Assembly (NCBI GenBank): GCA_018302765.1
Contig: JAGVZG010000004.1
Span: 16,878 to 80,877, forward strand
Origin: Candidatus Woesearchaeota archaeon
GTDB lineage: Archaea > Nanobdellota > Nanobdellia > SCGC-AAA011-G17 > GW2011-AR18
Reading direction: 5' to 3'
Length of the DNA: 64,000 nt
Position 1 is the first letter of the stretch; each line of letters opens with the position of its first letter. Below, piece after piece: positions 58,528 through 64,000 of this stretch. The notes under the pieces were generated by a model. It was not told where the DNA came from. It saw nothing but the letters and a program-made list of their open reading frames with translations, and did not search any database. Both the position numbers and the translations under genes were made by a program.

Positions 58528-58869
58528 TCAGGAGGAAACTGTAATTTGAATTTTATTTTTGTCAATTGGTTGTACTACTACCTCTTTTCCCTTCTTCAGT
58601 TTCATGAAATTAACAATTGCCCTAGAAAATCTTACGTCTAATGCAGTACCTGAAGTTCCTATTTTTGTTTTAGCAGCTAAGCCCCAAACACCTTGCTGTT
58701 TTGCCTTATTTTCTATTTTTAGAGATTCTTTGCCTTCAAAAATAGTTTCTCCGCAATTAGAGCAAACCCAAGCATAAAATTTTCCTAGATTTATGCCTAC
58801 TAAAATATAATCTATTTTCTTCTTAATAAATTTCCCTTTCCTGCATTCATCACAAACTTCGCCTTTCAT
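58528..58869 (-). CDS. YgiT/MqsA-type zinc finger fused to an AbrB-like domain (putative antitoxin)
   Basis: CDEC...CSNCGETIF; C-terminal TKIGTSGTALDVRF...LKKGKEVVV. Confidence 0.75.
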   Translation of the reverse strand: MKGEVCDECRKGKFIKKKIDYILVGINLGKFYAWVCSNCGETIFEGKESLKIENKAKQQGVWGLAAKTKIGTSGTALDVRFSRAIVNFMKLKKGKEVVVQPIDKNKIQITVSS

Positions 58870-58870
58870 T

Positions 58871-59083
58871 TTATTTATTTATAAAAACTGTTTTTATTTT
58901 ATAATTATCTCCTATTTTCTTATATGCTACTGAAAAGTAAGTGTAAACAGCTAAAAATCCATCTGTTTGTTTAAACACTGAGCCTCTTGTTATAGCTTCT
59001 GCAACTTGTTTTATTGACACTCCTTCTAAAATCATCTTATCTTGTGCATGCCTAGTTAATATTAAATCCTCCTCTTTTACCAT
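58871..59083 (-). CDS. DUF4258 family protein (putative RNase toxin)
   Basis: LTRHAQDKM..EGVS...V.EAI..G, C-terminal IKTVF; directly upstream of the Zn-finger gene. Confidence 0.75.
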   Translation of the reverse strand: MVKEEDLILTRHAQDKMILEGVSIKQVAEAITRGSVFKQTDGFLAVYTYFSVAYKKIGDNYKIKTVFINK

Positions 59084-59181
59084 ACATATTCGAATTTATA
59101 AGTATATACTTATATTTAAAGTTTTTTGAATTAGTCTTTTGCAATGCTTACATTTAATCTCTAATTCCATACATATATTAG

Positions 59182-59239
59182 GTACCTACTATTTATATAT
59201 CTTTCAGTACCTAATTAACTACTTTGTAGTTGGTACCTA
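59182..59239 (+). promoter_or_regulatory. Three GTACCTA repeats and an AACTAC-TTT-GTAGTT palindrome in a divergent promoter region
   Basis: Copies at 59182, 59207 and 59233; palindrome at 59217-59231. Confidence 0.45.
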
Positions 59240-59273
59240 AAAGTTTAAATATAAGTCCATTCTTCTTTAAATT

Positions 59274-59407
59274 ATGAAACTACAAAAACAACTTTCTAGA
59301 AAGGTTTGGTTATACCTCCAAATATGATAGAAGAATTAAAGTGGAGAGAAGGGCAAGAATTAGAAGCTGAAGTTAAGGAAAATAAACTGATAGTTAAAAA
59401 ACCTTAA
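59274..59407 (+). pseudogene. AbrB/MazE-like regulator remnant
   Basis: MKLQKQLSRKV, then after a frameshift VIPPNMIEELKWREGQELEAEVKENKLIVKKP*; the middle strand appears deleted. Confidence 0.65.
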
Positions 59408-59489
59408 ATTTTTTATTCAAAATTCCAGATGTTTACTTTACAGCTCATATTTTGGATAATTATTTAAACTTAATTTCTTTCAAAATCTT

Positions 59490-60170
59490 ATGAGATTTAA
59501 GATTAACACTGACAGTAATTATGTAAAATACAAAATCAATGGATTCTTATCTACATCAAACAGAGAAATAAAAGACATAAGCAAGGCTTGGTTTGCTATT
59601 TCATTGGCTTTTGGTATTGTTCTTGGTGGTCTAACTTTAAAATTCTTTACTGCTTTTATTATTTCAGCAATAGCTGTTGGCCTGGGATTTCTGCTTCATG
59701 AATTAAGCCATAAATTTTTTGCACAAAGGTATGGTTACAAAGCAGAATTTAGAAGCTTTGATGAAATGCTGTTTCTGGCTGTAATAATGAGTTTCTTTGG
59801 TTTTGTTATTGCTGCTCCTGGAGCTGTAATGATATTCAGCAATGTTCTTGACAAAAGAAAAAACGGAATAATTTCTGTTGCTGGACCTGCAATGAATATT
59901 ATTTTAGCTTTGATATTTCTACTGCTTGTGGTTTTTTTAACTGGAGGCTTTAACAGTACTATTAATTTATTAAATTCGTCAATACACAATCTTATAGAAT
60001 CATCTTTATTAAAAGCAATTTTAGCAATAGGATTTTTGGTTAACAGCTGGCTTGCTTTATTCAACATGATTCCATTATGGCTTTTTGATGGAGCTAAAGT
60101 ATTTAGATGGAATAAATTTGTATACTTTGCAGTTTTGATAGTTGCTATTGTTTTTGTATTTGGAATATAG
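59490..60170 (+). CDS. M50 family (site-2) membrane metalloprotease
   Basis: LHELSHK, ISVAGPAMN, FNMIPLWLFDG. Confidence 0.9.
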   Translation: MRFKINTDSNYVKYKINGFLSTSNREIKDISKAWFAISLAFGIVLGGLTLKFFTAFIISAIAVGLGFLLHELSHKFFAQRYGYKAEFRSFDEMLFLAVIMSFFGFVIAAPGAVMIFSNVLDKRKNGIISVAGPAMNIILALIFLLLVVFLTGGFNSTINLLNSSIHNLIESSLLKAILAIGFLVNSWLALFNMIPLWLFDGAKVFRWNKFVYFAVLIVAIVFVFGI

Positions 60171-60287
60171 AAAAATATTAAAGTATTTGTTAAAACTCAT
60201 GTTCATGAATAAAAATGGTTTTGATGAAAGAATTGTTTCATATGAATATATACATAATATAAATAATAAGTATATACATATCGAAAA

Positions 60288-60627
60288 ATGAATCATATTA
60301 ACTAAAAAGATATAATGGCTTTTAATTAAGAATTTGATGTAGGCAATCTACGTAATGAATCAAGTCTTGATTTTGCTTTAAGTTATGCTTATAGGACAGA
60401 GAACTGGACAAAGGCATTGGCATATTTAACTAGGGCAATATTAATTGATCATGTCTTTGAGGAAGGAAATAAAAGAACTGTAGCTTTATTAATAAAGAGC
60501 TATGCCGAATATGAAGACCGTAAAACATATAATGATAAAATAATAATACTAATTAAAGATGTAATTTTAAGAAAAAATTATAAGTATTAGGAAAATTGAG
60601 GAAATGATCAAAGATGCAATCAAATAA
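60288..60627 (+). pseudogene. Fic/Doc family toxin pseudogene
   Basis: DHVFEEGNKRT Fic-like motif; in-frame TAA at 60303 and 60327 plus a frameshift near 60580; the restored C-terminus overlaps the next gene. Confidence 0.75.
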
Positions 60628-60847
60628 ACTTATAAAAATAGCAAAAAAAGTAAAAATGAAAAACAAAGAACTATTTGATACTTTAATTGAATTTGAAAAA
60701 ACAAAAAAAATAAGGAACAAAACAAGATTAAATTTTACTATAGACAGAACCGTAGCATCTAAATTTAAAAAATTCTGCAGAGAAAAAGGTTATAATATGA
60801 GTGCAATAATAGAAAAAGCAATGAAAAAAGAAATGGGTGAAAAATAA
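60614..60847 (+). CDS. Small ribbon-helix-helix-like protein (putative antitoxin)
   Basis: RLNFTIDRTVASKFKKFCREKGYNMSAIIEKAM. Confidence 0.65.
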   Translation: MQSNKLIKIAKKVKMKNKELFDTLIEFEKTKKIRNKTRLNFTIDRTVASKFKKFCREKGYNMSAIIEKAMKKEMGEK

Positions 60848-60857
60848 GAGGTGTAAA

Positions 60858-61358
60858 ATGGTTGTAAATAAAGAACAAAGAATGGGTGTTTTTGTTGACG
60901 TGCAGAATATGTATTACAGCGCAAGGGCTTTGTATAATTCAAAAGTAAATTTTAAGGAAATTCTTAGAGAAGCTGTAAATGGAAGAAAATTAGTTAGAGC
61001 CATTGCGTATGGTGTAAGAGCTGGAGAAAAAGATGAGGAGAGTTTCTTTAAAGCTTTAGACGGCATAGGTTTTGAAGTTAAATTGAAAGATCTGCAGGTT
61101 TTTTATGGCGGAAATAAAAAGGCAGACTGGGATGTTGGCTTGGCCATAGACTCTATTGAATTAGCTCCTAAACTAGACGTTGTTGTTTTGGCTTCTGGTG
61201 ATGGAGATTATATTCCTTTGGTCGAACATTTGAAAAGGGCTTTAGGATGCAGAGTGGAAGTTTTGGCTTTTGGCAGAAGCTGCAGCGGAAAATTAAAAGA
61301 AGCTTGTGATGAATTTGTAGATATGGACAAGAGTAAGAAATTTGTCTTTACTAAATAA
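60858..61358 (+). CDS. NYN domain (LabA/DUF88) ribonuclease-like protein
   Basis: VFVDVQNMY, KKADWDVGLAID, LASGDGDYIPLV; GAGGTG ribosome-binding site. Confidence 0.92.
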   Translation: MVVNKEQRMGVFVDVQNMYYSARALYNSKVNFKEILREAVNGRKLVRAIAYGVRAGEKDEESFFKALDGIGFEVKLKDLQVFYGGNKKADWDVGLAIDSIELAPKLDVVVLASGDGDYIPLVEHLKRALGCRVEVLAFGRSCSGKLKEACDEFVDMDKSKKFVFTK

Positions 61359-61878
61359 TGTGAATAAAATTACTTTTTCAAGCGATAAAATAGGACCTAC
61401 TTATAAAGATTTTATAGAAACTGCTAAATTAGCAGAAAGTTATTTTAAAACTAAACAAAATAAAACTCAAATAGAAACTTCTAGAAAAAATAGTTTGTGG
61501 GCTTATAAAAAAATTCCAAACAGCTTAAATATAATAAGAAATGATAGAAAGATAATTGGTTTTGTATGGATTATTCCTTGTAGTAAAAGTTTAATGAATA
61601 AATTTTTAAGGAAAAAAATAAGTGAGGCAAAATTATTCAAAAAATTACAAGAACAAAAAATTGATGAGGATAATTTTGAGTCATTATATTTATGCTCTTC
61701 ATTTATTATTCCTGAATACAGACGAAAAGGTCTTGCTACTAAAGCTGCAATAAAAACTATTAGAAAACTAACACAGAAAAGAAAGATTAAACCAATATTA
61801 TTTTCTTGGCCTTATTCGAAAGAAGGGAAACTTACTATTTTAAAAGCTAAAAATACTATTAATATAAAGCTAAGATAA
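61342..61878 (+). CDS. GNAT-like fold protein
   Basis: IIGFVWII, FIIPEYRRKGLATK acetyl-CoA-binding-like motif; true start uncertain (GTG at 61360 possible). Confidence 0.55.
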   Translation: MSLLNNVNKITFSSDKIGPTYKDFIETAKLAESYFKTKQNKTQIETSRKNSLWAYKKIPNSLNIIRNDRKIIGFVWIIPCSKSLMNKFLRKKISEAKLFKKLQEQKIDEDNFESLYLCSSFIIPEYRRKGLATKAAIKTIRKLTQKRKIKPILFSWPYSKEGKLTILKAKNTINIKLR

Positions 61879-61934
61879 AATGCCAAAAGAAATTTCATAT
61901 GGTGCAGTAATATTTAGAAGAGAAGAAAAACATA
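61872..61934 (+). repeat. 63-bp perfect direct repeat, copy 1 (truncated duplicate of the Nudix gene 5' end)
   Basis: AAGATAAAATGCC...GAAAAACATA is identical to 62616-62678; it reads MPKEISYGAVIFRREEKHTK*. Confidence 0.95.
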
Positions 61935-61981
61935 CTAAATAGATATATTTATATACTTATTTTATATATATTTATATTAAT

Positions 61982-62266
61982 ATGGCATCAGAAACAATAC
62001 AAATAAACAAAGAAAAAGTAAAACATTCCCCTACGCTAAACACTGTCCTTATGGTAGAGGAAGTTTTGAAAAATGTCGGGGAGCTAATTACGGTTGCAGA
62101 ATTAAAAAGAAAACTTCCAAAAAAAGTAATGCACCAAACACTAATAGAAATTCTTGATTACTTGCAATTTAGTGGAAAAATAATAATTGGGACTAAAGGA
62201 ATTTTGTGGATATTTACAGAAAGAAAAGAATTAGAAGCAATGATTAATAGAGGAACAGAATTATGA
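61982..62266 (+). CDS. Winged-helix protein (putative antitoxin)
   Basis: HSPTLNTVLMVEE...LKRKLPKKVMHQTL..ILDYL..SGKI; stop overlaps the toxin ATG. Confidence 0.65.
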   Translation: MASETIQINKEKVKHSPTLNTVLMVEEVLKNVGELITVAELKRKLPKKVMHQTLIEILDYLQFSGKIIIGTKGILWIFTERKELEAMINRGTEL

Positions 62267-62622
62267 ACAAACCTGTAAGGGTGATAATCGTAGATGAAGC
62301 AGAAATAGAGTTCAAAAAACTGAATGAAATTGTTGGTCAACAAATTCGAGAAGGAAAAGATAACAGTGAGGAAATACAACTATTAAAATCTATAAAACAA
62401 AAAGTAGAATTTGTCAAAGCTAATCCTTTTTACGGAGATAATATAACTAAGAAATTAATACCAAATAAATACAATGTTCAAAATTTATGGAGAGTTGAAC
62501 TTACTCATTTTTGGAGGATGTTATACACAATAAAAGGAGACCAAATAGAAATAATTTGTTTTGTTCTTGATATAATTGATCATAATAAATATAATAAAGT
62601 ATTTGGATATAATAAAAGATAA
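62263..62622 (+). CDS. RelE/ParE-like toxin
   Basis: NLWRVELTHFWRMLYTI...VLDIIDHNKYNKVFGY. Confidence 0.65.
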   Translation: MNKPVRVIIVDEAEIEFKKLNEIVGQQIREGKDNSEEIQLLKSIKQKVEFVKANPFYGDNITKKLIPNKYNVQNLWRVELTHFWRMLYTIKGDQIEIICFVLDIIDHNKYNKVFGYNKR

Positions 62623-62678
62623 AATGCCAAAAGAAATTTCATATGGTGCAGTAATATTTAGAAGAGAAGAAAAACATA
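62616..62678 (+). repeat. 63-bp perfect direct repeat, copy 2 (start of the intact Nudix gene)
   Basis: Identical to 61872-61934. Confidence 0.95.
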
Positions 62679-63070
62679 TTTTGTATTTACTTCTTTACAG
62701 AAAAGCGCATGAACATTACAAAGAGATGTGGGATTTTCCAAGGGGCTTGATTGAAAAGGGAGAAACTCCTGAAGAAGACATTGTAAGGGAAGTTAAAGAA
62801 GAAACAGGAATTGAAAATATAAAATTCATTAAGGGGCTTAAAGAAACTGTAAAATGGTTTTACAAAAAAGAAGGCCAAACAGTGTTCAAAGAAGCAACTT
62901 ATTATCTAGCCGAAACAAATACTAAAGAAATTAAATTAAGTTTTGAGCATGATGATTTTAAATGGTGCAGCTATGAAGAAGCTCTTAAATTAATAAAATT
63001 CAGCAATACAAAAAGTGTTTTAAAAAAAGCCAATGAATTCATGACTGGTGGATTAAATAGGTTTGTTTAG
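62624..63070 (+). CDS. NUDIX hydrolase (Ap4A hydrolase-like)
   Basis: SYGAVIFR, WDFPRGLIEKGETPEEDIVREVKEETG Nudix box, LSFEHDDFKW. Confidence 0.9.
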   Translation: MPKEISYGAVIFRREEKHILYLLLYRKAHEHYKEMWDFPRGLIEKGETPEEDIVREVKEETGIENIKFIKGLKETVKWFYKKEGQTVFKEATYYLAETNTKEIKLSFEHDDFKWCSYEEALKLIKFSNTKSVLKKANEFMTGGLNRFV

Positions 63071-63599
63071 AGAAATATTTAAATTGTTATTTCTTCATAA
63101 ATATATAATGGGTATAGACGACCTGGTTGATTTAGACTGTGAAGAACTATTAGTAAGATTAAATTCTATTGGAAACCTTAGAGAAAAAAATAGTATTATT
63201 GTTGCAATTGGTAATTATAAATGTGACGCAGCTTATGAAACCTTAAGAAATCATGTTAGAACTAATTTAAGACATCAAGCATTAATTGCTATGGGTAAAA
63301 TAAATTACAATAAGACAATAGGTGTATTTGTTGATATTCTTAGAGTTGAAAATAAAGGAAAAGCAGTGAATAGGGCTATAGAAACATTGTCTTATGTTTT
63401 AGCGAATAGAATTGAGTTAACAGGAATTGATAAATTTATAGAAGAATTGGGGATTATTTTACCAAAATATTTAGATTCAGGTAATTATTTAGATGGTAAA
63501 GTCAAAAGAATAATGTCCAGGGCATTAAGAGATAGTGCAAAAATATTAAAAGTGGAGTCTGTATACTTAGCTATGGCTAGAGACACACTTTACTCCTAA
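63063..63599 (+). CDS. Hypothetical alpha-helical (HEAT-repeat-like) protein
   Basis: IIVAIGNY...ALIAMGKI pattern. Confidence 0.5.
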   Translation: MFREIFKLLFLHKYIMGIDDLVDLDCEELLVRLNSIGNLREKNSIIVAIGNYKCDAAYETLRNHVRTNLRHQALIAMGKINYNKTIGVFVDILRVENKGKAVNRAIETLSYVLANRIELTGIDKFIEELGIILPKYLDSGNYLDGKVKRIMSRALRDSAKILKVESVYLAMARDTLYS

Positions 63600-64000
63600 A
63601 TTTTTTTACACTCAATCGTGTTGTCTTTAATTTCAAACCTTACATCTAAGAATTTTTGTATTGTTTCTATATTTGTTTTCATATGGTCTGTAACTTGTGA
63701 AATTTTTATTTTATCATGACCTCTTATTGCCATATAAATTAAAAGCTGGTCTGCTGTAAAATGATCTACATTTGCGCCTGACTTCATTCCTCCCAGTAAT
63801 TTAACAGCGCATTCTTTTCCTATGTCCTCTGCTTTTCTAGATTTTTCCCCAAGAATAGTCATTCCAACTTTATGGTCTTCATAACTATAATTTGCATGAA
63901 CATAACATCCTGGACTTAATGTTTCTACATATCTTTCTTCAGTATTTAAGTTGTGAGTAATTGGAAAATTTAGCTTAAAACCCTTAATTAATCTTTTAGC
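63596..64000 (-). CDS. rtcA: RNA 3'-terminal phosphate cyclase, C-terminal part (gene runs off the window)
   Basis: LGEKSRKAEDIG, VDHFTADQLLIYMA, TDHMKTNIETIQKFL; frame open to the window edge. Confidence 0.88.
   Translation of the reverse strand, partial: AKRLIKGFKLNFPITHNLNTEERYVETLSPGCYVHANYSYEDHKVGMTILGEKSRKAEDIGKECAVKLLGGMKSGANVDHFTADQLLIYMAIRGHDKIKISQVTDHMKTNIETIQKFLDVRFEIKDNTIECKKI

Noticed and set aside
1514-60329. Stop-codon reassignment, suggested by in-frame TGA (1514) and TAA (60303, 60327)
   Set aside because: TAA, TAG and TGA all end well-conserved genes in this window, and long core genes have no internal stops; the cases occur in accessory genes, several with frameshifts too.
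730-62878. Many short antisense or overlapping ORFs in the track (for example 730..936, 4966..5244, 31041..31514, 44366..44863, 50614..50856)
   Set aside because: They lie opposite or within well-supported genes and read as Phe/Leu/Ser-rich shadows of AT-rich coding strands.
1-64000. CRISPR array, rRNA genes, IS elements
   Set aside because: No regularly spaced repeats, rRNA-like GC-rich tracts, transposase motifs or terminal inverted repeats seen.

Overview
A very AT-rich, gene-dense archaeal chromosome segment. Gene content (archaeal LeuRS, GatDE, aIF5B, rpL7Ae/rpS28e/rpL24e, FtsZ, TrmB, Nre, deoxyhypusine synthase, an archaeosortase-like protein, a putative S-layer protein) fits a DPANN archaeon, most like Woesearchaeota/Pacearchaeota; that placement is an inference. 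The standout signal is non-coding. All five tRNA genes I could find are on the minus strand and interrupted by bulge-helix-bulge (BHB) introns, 13 in total: Cys-GCA 2, Arg-TCT 3, Glu-CTC 1, Lys-CTT 1 and initiator Met-CAT 6. The initiator tRNA gene (56204-56411) has seven exons of 4-20 nt that I reassembled by hand into a textbook 75-nt archaeal tRNA-iMet. Its acceptor-stem intron can only form a BHB by pairing with a 5' leader. The leader also pairs with the 3' end of the gene, and its TATA box sits about 25 nt further upstream than in the other four tRNAs. Other points of interest: a lytic transglycosylase domain protein, a diadenylate cyclase, a stand-alone LAGLIDADG-like protein, a stand-alone ThrRS editing domain, two tandem paralogous mini-ORFs, a toxin-antitoxin-rich island (58.5-62.7 kb) containing a 63-bp perfect direct repeat, and several broken accessory genes. 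I saw no CRISPR array, rRNA, integrase or transposase. All structures were derived by eye and no database searches were run.
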